A DNA stretch of 64,000 bases from Candidatus Methanomethylicia archaeon (GCA_038727515.1 JAVYVS010000002.1:64001-128000); one strand, 5' to 3'. Shown: positions 10,189 through 20,925, counted from the first letter of the stretch. Notes: generated from the sequence alone by a model not told the origin. Program-made: numbers and translations.

Positions 10189-11364
10189 TCATTCATTATC
10201 TTCAATGCGAATACCAATATACCCCTCTGGAATTAAACTTGTAACTAACATAACTTCATTTATATCTCTATGTTCCCTCCAAGTTGAAACTCTCCTATTT
10301 GCATCTTTAAGCCAAAATGACTCTATTTTTTCAGCTATTGGAAAATATGATTGTAAAAGCTTTATAATTGAGTGAATTTCCTCATAATAATTTCCTATAT
10401 TTCCATTTAAGAATCTCCTCATTTTCATGGAAGCTTTTAATCCTATTGATAATCCAAATTCTCTAAAAGCTAATCTCCGATTTGCTGGAAGACTAACTAA
10501 ACCTTCATGTATATAGATTTCTAAGCTAGTATATGCTGACCTCAATATCTTCATTAATAATTCTAAGTCTACTGTATATCCCAAATTTATGAGTTCAAAG
10601 AGCCTATATGCATATGATAAAAGCTCTCCTATACCAAGTGGGTCATCAGTAACCCAATAACCTTCTTCAATCATTATTTTAGCTATATCCTCTATTTCTT
10701 CACTTAAATTTGGCCAGTTAATATCTTTTGGCGATAAAGCTTGTAACTCTCTATATGTGATATATCCGTCTAAGGGGTCATGTTGACCCATTGCATTAAC
10801 TAATGGTCTTGTTAAGTCTATACTCATCTTCCAGTACATACGTCTCCTACCATCAGATGACGTATACGTAAATGCTGAATGCGCCCTTTTTGCTAGTTCT
10901 ATAGCCCATCTATTGTATTTTACATCTCCAGTAACTATGTAAACTTTATTTAATGCATGCATCCATTTAGTTAAATAATGATAATATTGTCCATCCCTTT
11001 CCCACTCTAAGTTCATATCTAGAGGTTCATCAGGTTTTCTTTCAGGAAGCTTTTTACCAATTCTCAATCCACCAATTGTAGGATGTTCTTCAGCTTCATG
11101 ATCATTAAGTCCACTTATCCATCCAATTCTACCATCATCTCCACGATGTTTACCTAAAACCTTATGAACTTGATCAACTAATTTCAACGCTATATCTAAG
11201 AAATTTTTATCTTTAGTAAACTTATATAGGGCTATGAAATTACATACGGCAAAAGCATCCGTCCATAAGTAACGCTTAGGTTTTTCAACCCCAAGAATAC
11301 CAGTTCTATTAGCAAAGTCCATCATAATCTTACAAGCAATATTTATCCTATCTTCTAAAATCAT
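10189..11364 (-). CDS. Conserved hypothetical protein (RYLWTDAF family)
   Basis: 391-aa ORF with conserved-looking motifs RYLWTDAFAVCN, GGLRIGK, RDGQYYHYLTKWMHAL, RLAFREFGL and HRDINEVM; function unknown. Confidence 0.75.
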   Translation of the reverse strand: MILEDRINIACKIMMDFANRTGILGVEKPKRYLWTDAFAVCNFIALYKFTKDKNFLDIALKLVDQVHKVLGKHRGDDGRIGWISGLNDHEAEEHPTIGGLRIGKKLPERKPDEPLDMNLEWERDGQYYHYLTKWMHALNKVYIVTGDVKYNRWAIELAKRAHSAFTYTSSDGRRRMYWKMSIDLTRPLVNAMGQHDPLDGYITYRELQALSPKDINWPNLSEEIEDIAKIMIEEGYWVTDDPLGIGELLSYAYRLFELINLGYTVDLELLMKILRSAYTSLEIYIHEGLVSLPANRRLAFREFGLSIGLKASMKMRRFLNGNIGNYYEEIHSIIKLLQSYFPIAEKIESFWLKDANRRVSTWREHRDINEVMLVTSLIPEGYIGIRIEDNE

Positions 11365-11599
11365 TATCCATCGTGAATAAATGATTATAGCATACCATTA
11401 AAACTTTCTAAACCATAATAAATCAACCAAAAATTTTAGATTTAAATTATAATGGGAATTATTGAAAACGTTATTAACTGTTCTTTCATCAATTAAATAT
11501 GCGTTTAAAAGCTATAAGGGAGCTTATATATGTGAACTCTGTGAAATTAAATCTGCATATTGCAATTCTAGTAGTTTATCAATTACAATTACTTTATTA

Positions 11600-11792
11600 C
11601 CTTTTTCCTGTATTTCCTTTTTAAGTTCTTCAATTCTTCTTTAAACCTTCAATTATATTCAACCCATTCTCTGGATCTGGAGGATAGAAATGATGTGCGG
11701 GGTTCTAGCCCATGCTGGAGGCCATGGATGCATTGGGCGCCACCCTCTATACCAATGTTAGCGTCAAGTCAAATCCTCCACCTCTACCTCAT
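11600..11792 (-). pseudogene. Remnant of a DUF5320-like small protein
   Basis: Fragments in different frames (GRGGG, HWYRGWRPMHPWPPAWA, HFYPPDPE, RRIEELKKE) broken by stops and frameshifts; divergent from the DUF134 remnant. Confidence 0.45.
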
Positions 11793-11825
11793 TTTATCAT
11801 CTCATTTTGTGATATATCACGTAAT

Positions 11826-12059
11826 ATGAGTGGATGGTGTTGATGTAAATGATATAGGTATGAGATTATTGGTAGGAAGTCATCTCCAATAAAGTATCAA
11901 CCACCATCAATACTGATAGATTTAGAGAAGTTTTCATTTGGAGAAGCTTGAATTAGAATGAATATATCTAGGAAGACTGTTTGGCGGTTAGTAAAAAACG
12001 CTAGGGAGAAGATTATTAAAGCATTAATTGATGGTAAACCAATAATAATACAAAAATAG
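11826..12059 (+). pseudogene. DUF134-family HTH regulator pseudogene
   Basis: One frame reads ...DLEKFSFGEA*IRMNISRKTVWRLVKNAREKIIKALIDGKPI, with three in-frame TGA codons and an apparent internal deletion. Confidence 0.75.
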
Positions 12060-12082
12060 TAGGTAGGTTTGTATTATATCAT

Positions 12083-12520
12083 TTAAAAGGGTATTGAAAA
12101 TCTAGATAAGACTTTAATTATATCTTTCAAAATTCTATCTTCATATTCCTTGAAATGTCTAGCTAAATCCCGTGTACTAAACATCCCATATATTATTCCA
12201 TCTTTTACCACTGGTATTCTACGTAGATCATATTTAACCATAATTTCAACAACTTCATCTAAAGTTGCATCTGGATCTACTGTTATTAGAGGTTTACTCA
12301 TAATCTCACTAACCTTAACTTTTGACGGTTCTTTCTCTAAAGCCATAACCTTAAATACTAGATCTCTCTCACTAACTATTCCAATAGGTCTTCCTTTCTC
12401 TAAAACTATTAAATATCCAATATTTTTATCCAGCATCAATTTTGAAGCTTCTAGAGCTGTAGCTTCAACATCTATAGTAAAGAATTCTCTCCTCATATAC
12501 TCCTTTACACGATAAGACAT
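12083..12520 (-). CDS. CBS-domain protein
   Basis: Tandem CBS pair (IGIVSERDL, VSEIMSKPLITV, RRIPVV). Confidence 0.92.
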   Translation of the reverse strand: MSYRVKEYMRREFFTIDVEATALEASKLMLDKNIGYLIVLEKGRPIGIVSERDLVFKVMALEKEPSKVKVSEIMSKPLITVDPDATLDEVVEIMVKYDLRRIPVVKDGIIYGMFSTRDLARHFKEYEDRILKDIIKVLSRFSIPF

Positions 12521-12620
12521 ATTAACACCTATTTTTTCTATTTTTAATTGCCAATTTAAATAGTTATTTTTGTTTTAATGATTTTGAATAGTATTTTTGT
12601 TATAGATTAATTTAGATAGA

Positions 12621-12661
12621 TATATCTAGTTTCAACACCAGTATACTAATCACTAGATATA
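12621..12661. promoter_or_regulatory. 10-bp inverted repeat between divergent genes (possible operator)
   Basis: TATATCTAGT-N21-ACTAGATATA in the CBS/MFS intergenic region. Confidence 0.3.
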
Positions 12662-12720
12662 ACAGTTTATATTTTGTTTTATAGAAGTGTTTAATAACTT
12701 CTATAAAGAGTTGGAGTGAT

Positions 12721-13896
12721 ATGGTTAAACGTGAATATTCTATTGTTTGGATATGGCTTTCAGTAATGCACTTCATAAATGATTTTATAACTTCACTAAT
12801 TCCAGCAATAATACTTGTTTTAAAGTATGAGTGGAATTTAAGTTATTCTAGTCAAGGCTTGTTGACGACTATACCCACATTTTTCATGGTTTTACCTCAG
12901 ATTTTTACTGGTCATTTAGCTGATAGAATTCATGTTTCAAAATTGGTATTTACATGTATGTTTATGCTTGGTTTTGGAACTATATTGATGGGTTTCTCAT
13001 ACGACTTTAATCAATTTATTATTTCAGCATGTATTATGAGTTTAGGTGCATCCTTTACCCATCCAACAATATACTCTATAACCAGTAATCAGTATACTGG
13101 TGTTGAAACTAGATTTTTGAGTTTCGTTAGTGCAGCTGGAGATTTATCTTTACCAATAGTTTTTGCTCTCACTGGATTTTTATTGAAGTTTCTTGGTTGG
13201 AGGATTATATTGTTATGTTATGGATTTATCGTTTTGATTTTAAGTGTAACACTTAAGTATTTTACTTCAACAATTGTGGTAAAATCTCTACCTAAATATG
13301 ATTTAAAATCTATATCTTCAATTTTTAAGAGGGTTTTTTATCCATTGATTACCTTAGGTATTATGGTGGCATGTTATAGGATAATACTAACTTTTACAAC
13401 AACTTTCCTAAGTTTCATCGGTTTTATTGGTGAACAAGCGAATTATGTATTTGCACTAATGCTTTTGATTGGTGCTTTTGGACCTATACTCATGGGTTTA
13501 CTATCAAAACCTGGACATGAGGGTAGAATTGTATTTCTAGGTTTAACTCTCATATCTGCATTCTCCTTTATGATTGTACTTAGTAGGAGTTATTTATCTG
13601 CTGGAATACTTTCCCTCTTCCTCTCTATGGTTATCCTTATTATTCTTGGAATATGGCCCTCAATATACTCACTTATATCTAAAAGTTCTTTTAGTGGTTT
13701 AATGGGTTTAACTTATGGTTTTTCATTAACATTTACATGGGCCTTTGGATCTACTTGGCCATTTATAGCTGGTTTAGTATCTGACGTTTTTGGAATCGAA
13801 TTTGCTTATTTGATTATAAGTTTGCTATCTATCATAGCTGGATTAATAGTTTTAAAATTTATTTTGCTGGATAAACATTTACAAACTATTAAATAA
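12721..13896 (+). CDS. MFS transporter
   Basis: About 12 hydrophobic segments; HFIND, GHLADR, GLVSD motifs (Fsr-like). Confidence 0.88.
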   Translation: MVKREYSIVWIWLSVMHFINDFITSLIPAIILVLKYEWNLSYSSQGLLTTIPTFFMVLPQIFTGHLADRIHVSKLVFTCMFMLGFGTILMGFSYDFNQFIISACIMSLGASFTHPTIYSITSNQYTGVETRFLSFVSAAGDLSLPIVFALTGFLLKFLGWRIILLCYGFIVLILSVTLKYFTSTIVVKSLPKYDLKSISSIFKRVFYPLITLGIMVACYRIILTFTTTFLSFIGFIGEQANYVFALMLLIGAFGPILMGLLSKPGHEGRIVFLGLTLISAFSFMIVLSRSYLSAGILSLFLSMVILIILGIWPSIYSLISKSSFSGLMGLTYGFSLTFTWAFGSTWPFIAGLVSDVFGIEFAYLIISLLSIIAGLIVLKFILLDKHLQTIK

Positions 13897-13917
13897 CCTT
13901 TTGATGTTATATAATTT

Positions 13918-14736
13918 ATGGTTTTAATGAAGTCTAAACCCATTATAACTTTACTAACTGATTTTGGTTTGAGGGATTCTTATGTAGCTGAAATGAAAGC
14001 TGTTATTTTATCGATATGTCCTGAAGCTCATATTGTTGATATATCCCATGGAATTAGGAAATATGATATTCGTATGGGTGCATACATTCTTTCTAGAGCT
14101 TCTCGATATTTCCCTGAAGGTACAATTCATGTCGCTGTTGTAGATCCTGGTGTTGGTGGTATTAGACGTCCAATAATTATAGAAAGTTTTAGAGCTTTCT
14201 ATGTTGGTCCTGATAATGGTCTTTTAACACCTTCTGCGATTATGGATGGTATTAAACATGTATATTTGATTACAAATGATAAGTATATGCTTAAATGTGT
14301 TTCAAGAACTTTTCATGGTAGGGATATATTTTGTCCTGTGGCAGCGTATTTAGCTAAGGGTATTCCTCCCTCTGATTTCGGTCCTGAAATTTTTGATCCA
14401 ATAATCCCAACTTTTGTAAATCCAAAAGTTTATGGAAATATTGTTGAAGGTGAAGTCATTCATATTGATGATTTTGGAAATATTGTTACAAATATTTCTA
14501 GTGAACATTTAAGGTTAATTGGTTTATCTGAAGGTGATTTTTTGAATGTTAAATTTGGGGATAATCTTTTGAAATTGAAGTTTTGTAAAGCTTATAGTGA
14601 TGTTCCATTGGGTCAACCTCTAATTATAATTGGTAGTGGTGGTTTTATTGAATTATCTATTAATCAAGGTGATGCAGCTAAAACCTTTAATATTAATGTT
14701 GGTGATAAAATTGTTTTTCAGAGTAATGAACATTAG
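13918..14736 (+). CDS. SAM hydroxide adenosyltransferase (DUF62, chlorinase/fluorinase family)
   Basis: ITLLTDFG, VAVVDPGVG, GPDNG, TFHGRDIF, IDDFGNIVTN. Confidence 0.93.
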   Translation: MVLMKSKPIITLLTDFGLRDSYVAEMKAVILSICPEAHIVDISHGIRKYDIRMGAYILSRASRYFPEGTIHVAVVDPGVGGIRRPIIIESFRAFYVGPDNGLLTPSAIMDGIKHVYLITNDKYMLKCVSRTFHGRDIFCPVAAYLAKGIPPSDFGPEIFDPIIPTFVNPKVYGNIVEGEVIHIDDFGNIVTNISSEHLRLIGLSEGDFLNVKFGDNLLKLKFCKAYSDVPLGQPLIIIGSGGFIELSINQGDAAKTFNINVGDKIVFQSNEH

Positions 14737-14811
14737 ATACTTCCTTACTTAAATCTATGATTTCCTTAAATTTATGGTTAAGTTTTTATTCTTAACTTAT
14801 TTAATCTTTGG

Positions 14812-15996
14812 TTGTCTTTGGTGGTTTATTTGGAGCGTAGGTTTCTGCTTATAATTTTAGCTGTTGTTGTTATGATGGTTATTAGTATATATCAGTATTC
14901 ATGGTCTCTATTTGCAGATTCTATAATTTCATGTTTGGGTTGGGATTCTGCAACTGTGGGTTTAGCTTTTACCATATTTACTTATACTGCAACCTTCATT
15001 CAACCTTTCTCTGGATTTTTGGCTGATGTTTATGGTGCTAGGAAGATAGCTATTTTAGCTTCAATAATTTGTGGTTTCGGTTTTATTTTATCATCTATAG
15101 CTGTTTCTCCAATGGTTTTATACTTTTTCTATGGTTTTGGAGGTTTAGGTGTTGGTATATTGTATGGTATTTCAACAGCTATAGCTGTTAAATGGTTCCC
15201 CGAGAAACGTGGTTTTGCTACTGGTATTGTCGTTTTTGGTTTCGGTTCTGGTGCTGCCATTTTCAATCTCTTTATTCAATGGCTTATTTCAAATTATGGT
15301 TTGAGTTTTACATTTCAATTTATTGGAGTTTTAATTCTCTTCATAACCCTCTTTGCTTCATCTTTTTATTCTTATCCTAAGTATTCCAGTGATGTTAAGC
15401 GTAGTAGTATAAATGTTAATTATAAACCTTTAGATATGGTTTTAACTTGGCAATGGCCTCTAATATACTTTTCATTTATATTTACTGTTGCTATAGTTCT
15501 AATTTTTGCTGCTCAATTAAAGATGCTTGCTAAAACCTTTAATATCTCTGGGTGGTATTTGAATATAGCTTTATTCCTATTTCCAATTGGTAATGGATTG
15601 AGTAGGATTTTTGCTGGCATCGCTTCTGATTGTATTGGGAGAATTAAGTCAATGTTTATATTCTATTTACTTCTTGGATTGTCTACTCTATCCTTAATAT
15701 ATCTTGGTGGTAATCCAAATCTATTTGTTATTTTGAGTTTTATTGTGGCTTTATTTGGAGGTTCACCCTTCGCATTTTATCCTTCTATTATAGGTGATTA
15801 TTATGGATCTCTTTATGCTACTGCTAATTATGGTTTAACTTATACTGCTAAAGCTTGGGCTGGCTTAATATCTGGCTGGCTTACTGGATACTTATATTTG
15901 ATTTTTGGTTCTTATGATCAAATACTTCTCTTTTTAGCTTTTTCATCTATTATTGCTGCTTTCCTCTCTCTTATTCTTAAACCTCCTACTAAATGA
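14812..15996 (+). CDS. MFS transporter, oxalate/formate antiporter (OFA) family
   Basis: YQYSWSLF, AVKWFPEKRGFATG, NGLSRIF, NYGLTYTAK. Confidence 0.88.
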   Translation: MSLVVYLERRFLLIILAVVVMMVISIYQYSWSLFADSIISCLGWDSATVGLAFTIFTYTATFIQPFSGFLADVYGARKIAILASIICGFGFILSSIAVSPMVLYFFYGFGGLGVGILYGISTAIAVKWFPEKRGFATGIVVFGFGSGAAIFNLFIQWLISNYGLSFTFQFIGVLILFITLFASSFYSYPKYSSDVKRSSINVNYKPLDMVLTWQWPLIYFSFIFTVAIVLIFAAQLKMLAKTFNISGWYLNIALFLFPIGNGLSRIFAGIASDCIGRIKSMFIFYLLLGLSTLSLIYLGGNPNLFVILSFIVALFGGSPFAFYPSIIGDYYGSLYATANYGLTYTAKAWAGLISGWLTGYLYLIFGSYDQILLFLAFSSIIAAFLSLILKPPTK

Positions 15997-16061
15997 TTAT
16001 TTGTTTCCATTGTAACTCTAATTTTATATTGGTCTTATCCCATTTATCATTTGGGAATTTT

Positions 16062-18005
16062 ATGGTTGAATATAACCCCTTTGGTTTATTTAGGTCTGAG
16101 TGTGTTAATGCTATTTCTAATGCTTTATCAGAACTTGGATATTCTAGTTTTGAATTTTCTTTGGAGTATCCACCTCCTGGTATTTCAGCTGATTTAGCTT
16201 TTCCAACATTTACACTTGCTAAATCTATTGGGATTAATCCAAATAGATTTGCACTTGATATTGCTTCTAGAATTGATAATTCAAAGTTTAATTTGATTGG
16301 TAGCATTGAAGTTTCTGGTGGTTACATAAATTTTAGGGTTAATTATCCTAAACTTGCACTTATAACTTTTAATTCTATTGAATCTCTAGATTTAATGTAT
16401 GGTTCTATTCCGGTGGATAAACCTTTAAGAATTGTTGTTGAGCATACTAGTGCAAACCCTATTCATCCTCTCCATATAGGTGCGGGTAGAAATGCCATTA
16501 TTGGAGATAGTTTAGCTAGAATTTTGAAGTTTATGGGGCATATGGTTAAAACCCATTTTTATATAGATGATGTTGGTCTTCAGGTTTCAATAGCTGCATA
16601 TGGTTATATGGGTGTTAAAGATAAGGTTAAGTGTGATTTGAAGTCTGATCATTTTATTGGTTTGATTTATGCTATTACAAACTGTCTCATTGAAATTAAA
16701 CGTATAAATACTCTCTTATCTACTTTGAAATCCTCCAATGCTAATGTTGATGAAATTTCTAAATTGAATTCTGAACTTTCAGATTGGATCTCTGTAGCCG
16801 CTGAATTGAGGGAAAGGAATCCACATCTTTTTGATGTTTTATCTGACTATATTAATTCAGATCCAGATCCTATTGCCTCAATTAATAAGCTTGATTTAGA
16901 TTATGAAATGGGGTTGAATTATGCTAAGAATATTATTCGTGAGCTTTGTACAATGGTTATTGATGGTTTTAAGAGTACTCTTTCAAATCTTAATATTGAA
17001 CATGAATTTTGGGATTGGGAGAGTGATGTTGTTTGGAGTGGTGATGTTAATAGGATTCTTGATAGCCTTAGGAGGAGTGGTTATGTTAAATTTGATGGTA
17101 ATGCTTGGATATTTGATGTGGAATCTGTTTGTAGAGATTTAGGTTTAAAGAAGATTTTAAAGATAGATGAACACCATGAGCTTCCACAACTTACATTGAG
17201 GAGGTCTGATGGTAGAACGCTTTATACAACTAGGGATATCGCTTATACGATTAAACAGTTTAAAGATGCTGATATGGTTATTCATGTTATTGGCCATGAG
17301 CAATCTTTAGCTCAAACTCAATTAAGGGTTGCTTTGGCTTGTATGGGGCTTATGAATTATGCTTTGAATTTAATGCATTATTCCTATGAATTAGTTCATC
17401 TTCCAGGTTTTAAGATGTCTAGTAGACGTGGTAGATATGTGGATCTAGATGGATTATTTAAGGAAGCTGTGGATAGATGTATTATTGAAGTTTCTAAGAG
17501 GAATCCTAATTTAAGTGAATCTGAAGTTAAAGCTATTGCTAAAATTATTGCTGCTGGAGCTATAAGGTATGCGATGCTTTCAGTCTCTCCAAATAAAAGG
17601 ATTGTTTTCGATTGGAATAAGGTTTTAGATTTTAATCAGAATAGTGGTCCCTTTATTCAGTATGCACATGCAAGAGCGTATAACATTTTGGATAAGGTGA
17701 ATTGGGATTATAGTAATTATGATGTTTATAAACTTAAAGATCCATTGGAGCATAGGCTTATAGTGGATGTTGCTAAGTTTCCAGAGGTTATTTCTGAAAC
17801 TTATTCTAGACTTAGCTTCGAATCTTTATGTGTATATTTGAATAATCTAGCTATGGATTTCAATTTATTCTATGATAATCTTCCAGTTTTAAAGTGTGAA
17901 GATGAGGGGTTGAGGAATGCTAGAGTTATGCTTGTAAAATCCGTTATGAAGACTTTAAGGAATGGTTTAAATATTCTTGGGATAGAAGCTCCAAAGAGAA
18001 TGTAA
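16062..18005 (+). CDS. argS: Arginine--tRNA ligase
   Basis: EHTSANP.HPLHIGAGRN, RSDGRTLYTTRDIAY, KMSSRRG, IQYAHAR, GIEAPKRM. Start placed at ATG 16062. Confidence 0.96.
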   Translation: MVEYNPFGLFRSECVNAISNALSELGYSSFEFSLEYPPPGISADLAFPTFTLAKSIGINPNRFALDIASRIDNSKFNLIGSIEVSGGYINFRVNYPKLALITFNSIESLDLMYGSIPVDKPLRIVVEHTSANPIHPLHIGAGRNAIIGDSLARILKFMGHMVKTHFYIDDVGLQVSIAAYGYMGVKDKVKCDLKSDHFIGLIYAITNCLIEIKRINTLLSTLKSSNANVDEISKLNSELSDWISVAAELRERNPHLFDVLSDYINSDPDPIASINKLDLDYEMGLNYAKNIIRELCTMVIDGFKSTLSNLNIEHEFWDWESDVVWSGDVNRILDSLRRSGYVKFDGNAWIFDVESVCRDLGLKKILKIDEHHELPQLTLRRSDGRTLYTTRDIAYTIKQFKDADMVIHVIGHEQSLAQTQLRVALACMGLMNYALNLMHYSYELVHLPGFKMSSRRGRYVDLDGLFKEAVDRCIIEVSKRNPNLSESEVKAIAKIIAAGAIRYAMLSVSPNKRIVFDWNKVLDFNQNSGPFIQYAHARAYNILDKVNWDYSNYDVYKLKDPLEHRLIVDVAKFPEVISETYSRLSFESLCVYLNNLAMDFNLFYDNLPVLKCEDEGLRNARVMLVKSVMKTLRNGLNILGIEAPKRM

Positions 18006-18055
18006 ATTTATTAGAAAAATTTATTTTTAGCATCATTAACCAAATTAATATTTGG

Positions 18056-20485
18056 TTGGTGATTCCTATTGGTGGAAAGCTTAGACCTAAGATAGTTGAA
18101 AAGCGTTGGGATAGATCTGAAGAGTCTAAGATCATCGATTCTTGGTGGAGTGAGGGTATATATAAGTTCAATTATGATGTTAATGATCCTAGACCTATAA
18201 TTGTATTTGATACACCTCCACCATATGCTTCAGGTCCTTGGAATGTTGGTAATTTAGCTCATTATATGCAGATTGATATGGTTGGAAGATACTTTAGGAT
18301 GAGGGGATTTAATGTTTTATTACCTTTCTATGCTGATAGAAATGGTCTTCCAGTGGAAGTTCAAGTGGAGCGTAAACTTGGTTTAAATATTCATGAGATT
18401 GCGTCAACCCCTATTGGTAGAGAGAAGTTCATAGAACTATGTAAGGCTGAATTGGATAATGTTGAGAAACTCCTCATTGACGGTTTGATTAAAAGTGGAT
18501 GTAGCTTTGAATATTGGCGTTCTGGAACTGATAGCCCTGAGTATAGACGTATAACTCAAGCTACATTTATTGAGTTATTTAAGAATAATTTGATTTATGA
18601 AGCTGAAAGGCCTGTTAATTGGTGTCCACGTTGTAGAACTACACTTGCAGATGCTGAATTAGAGTATAGATCTAGTTTAGCTAAGCTCTACTATATTAAG
18701 TTTGGTATTCATGAGACTGGTGGGGAAATAGTTATTGCCACCACTAGACCTGAGCTCTTGGGAGCATGCGCCATAGTCATATATAATCCAAATGATGATA
18801 GATATAAGCATTTAAAGGGGTTGCATGCTATTGTACCAATATATGATAGAGTAGTTCCAATTGTGGAGAGACCTGAAGCTAAACCAGATTTTGGAACTGG
18901 GTTAGCAATGATATGTAGTTATGGTGATAGTGTTGATGTAAAGATCTTTAGAGATATGAATCTTGAACCTAGAGTATTAATTGATAGAGATGGAAGAATG
19001 AATGATTATTCAGGCTTTCTTAGAGGGTTAAGTATTACTGAAGCTAGAGATAGTATAGTTAATGAACTTAAATCTAGAAATCTAATCGTTAAAATTGAAA
19101 ATATTGAACATGAACATCCAGTTTGCTGGAGGTGTAAGACTTCAATTGAATTTATACATTCCAAAGAGTACTTTTTGAAACAAGTGGAATTTAAAGAAGA
19201 TTTAAAGAAGATTATTGATCTTATGATATTTTATCCTGAAGAACATAAGAAGAGACTTATTGATTGGATTACATCTGTATCTACTGATTGGCCTATTAGT
19301 AAAGATAGATATTATGCCACTGAAGTTCCAGTTTGGAAATGTAAAGTTTGCAATAATATTCTACTTCCAGAGCCTGGTAGATATTATAGGCCTTGGATTG
19401 ATAAACCACCTTTCAATTTATGTCCAATTTGTGGTGCAAGTATTGATAATATTTATGGAGAAGTTAAAGTTCTTGATACATGGTTTGATTCATCAATAAG
19501 TGTACTATATGTTTCAATGTATGGTGATAAATTATTCGATAAGTTATTTAATAATACCGTTAGACCACAGGGATATGATATTATTAGAACTTGGCTTTAT
19601 TATTCAATTCTAAGAGTTTATCAATTATTGAAAAAACCTGCATTCAAGTATGTTAGGATTAGCGGTATGGGCTTAGATGAAAAGGGTGAAGCTATGCATA
19701 AATCTAAGGGTAACGTTATAGATCCAAAACCATATATAGATAAGTATGGTGTAGATGCATTTAGATTTTGGGCGGCAGCTGCTTCTAAACTTGGTAGTGA
19801 TTATAGATTTTCAGAACAGTTAATAAAGACTGGAGCTTTATTTGTAACTAAGCTTTGGAATTTAGCTAGATTTATATCTTCATTTCCATTTCCAGAAATT
19901 AGTGATGTAGAATTTAGACCATTAGATCTAGCAATGATATCAGCATTAAATAAACTTATTGAAAAATGTATTTCAGCATATGATTCCATGGATGTTTATA
20001 CACCTGCAAATGAAATATACAATTTCGCTTGGAATGTATTTGCGTCACATTATCTAGAAGCGGTTAAATCTAGAGTATATAATGAACATGGTAAATATAG
20101 GGAATCTCAACAGAAAGCTTCATGGTATACTCTCCATACAGTATTTTCAAATATACTTAAATTGTTAGCACCAATAATGCCAATAATAACGGATTCCATA
20201 TGGAGAATGCTATACTCTAATAGGAGCATACATTTAGAGAGAATAATGGATCCGGATCCAAGATGGAATTATCCTACAAAGTCGCTTGAATTATTAATTT
20301 CAGCCAATAGCAAAATATGGAGTTATAAGAGGAGTATGGGATTACGTTTAAATGATCCATTGAAGGTTGAAGTTAAATTTGCAATTGAATACAGCGATAT
20401 TATTGATGAATTAGTAGATTTACATTTATTGATGAACTATAAAATCATTGAATCAACTGGTGAACGCATAGAGTTTCAATCATAA
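18056..20485 (+). CDS. valS: Valine--tRNA ligase
   Basis: DTPPPY, WCPRCRTTLADAE, IATTRPE, FGTG, DTWFDS, RPQGYDIIRTW, MHKSKGN. Confidence 0.93.
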   Translation: MVIPIGGKLRPKIVEKRWDRSEESKIIDSWWSEGIYKFNYDVNDPRPIIVFDTPPPYASGPWNVGNLAHYMQIDMVGRYFRMRGFNVLLPFYADRNGLPVEVQVERKLGLNIHEIASTPIGREKFIELCKAELDNVEKLLIDGLIKSGCSFEYWRSGTDSPEYRRITQATFIELFKNNLIYEAERPVNWCPRCRTTLADAELEYRSSLAKLYYIKFGIHETGGEIVIATTRPELLGACAIVIYNPNDDRYKHLKGLHAIVPIYDRVVPIVERPEAKPDFGTGLAMICSYGDSVDVKIFRDMNLEPRVLIDRDGRMNDYSGFLRGLSITEARDSIVNELKSRNLIVKIENIEHEHPVCWRCKTSIEFIHSKEYFLKQVEFKEDLKKIIDLMIFYPEEHKKRLIDWITSVSTDWPISKDRYYATEVPVWKCKVCNNILLPEPGRYYRPWIDKPPFNLCPICGASIDNIYGEVKVLDTWFDSSISVLYVSMYGDKLFDKLFNNTVRPQGYDIIRTWLYYSILRVYQLLKKPAFKYVRISGMGLDEKGEAMHKSKGNVIDPKPYIDKYGVDAFRFWAAAASKLGSDYRFSEQLIKTGALFVTKLWNLARFISSFPFPEISDVEFRPLDLAMISALNKLIEKCISAYDSMDVYTPANEIYNFAWNVFASHYLEAVKSRVYNEHGKYRESQQKASWYTLHTVFSNILKLLAPIMPIITDSIWRMLYSNRSIHLERIMDPDPRWNYPTKSLELLISANSKIWSYKRSMGLRLNDPLKVEVKFAIEYSDIIDELVDLHLLMNYKIIESTGERIEFQS

Positions 20486-20487
20486 TA

Positions 20488-20925
20488 TCATATAGCAATT
20501 TCTTCAATCAACTTTTTACATAACATGTGTATGTGCTTAGCTCTATTTAGTGAATCTTCAGCATCCCCTCTTCCTATAACATCATTTGGAGATAATAGTG
20601 CTTCTTCCCCACCATAGAAGCTTATCTCCCTTTTCCCCACCAAAATTTTTGATGATTGAGATATAAAATTCAATTCTTTCTTAAACCATTCTGGGAATCT
20701 ATCTTTTACATCAATTAGAACATCAGATACATCATGAATTTTCGGGTATTCTATTCCCACAGCCTTTAATACTGCTTTTAAAGATAGTTCCACACATTCT
20801 TGACTCAACCTTACTGTGTATGGATAATTCTCTTCAATTAATGCATCTTCTGCATCTTTCAATCTAGCTTCTGCCTGTCTCAAATATGATTTTGCTATTT
20901 TAATCAATTTCAATTTTCTCACCAA
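20488..20925 (-). CDS. HEPN-domain protein (putative toxin of a HEPN/MNT pair)
   Basis: SQECVELSLKAVL, YPKIHDV, REISFYG; overlaps the upstream MNT gene. Confidence 0.88.
   Translation of the reverse strand: MVRKLKLIKIAKSYLRQAEARLKDAEDALIEENYPYTVRLSQECVELSLKAVLKAVGIEYPKIHDVSDVLIDVKDRFPEWFKKELNFISQSSKILVGKREISFYGGEEALLSPNDVIGRGDAEDSLNRAKHIHMLCKKLIEEIAI

Noticed and set aside
11826-12059. Three in-frame TGA codons suggesting selenocysteine or stop-codon recoding
   Set aside because: TGA terminates many intact genes here (fwdB, fwdA), the positions do not look like conserved Cys sites, and the gene also appears internally deleted. A pseudogene is the simpler explanation.
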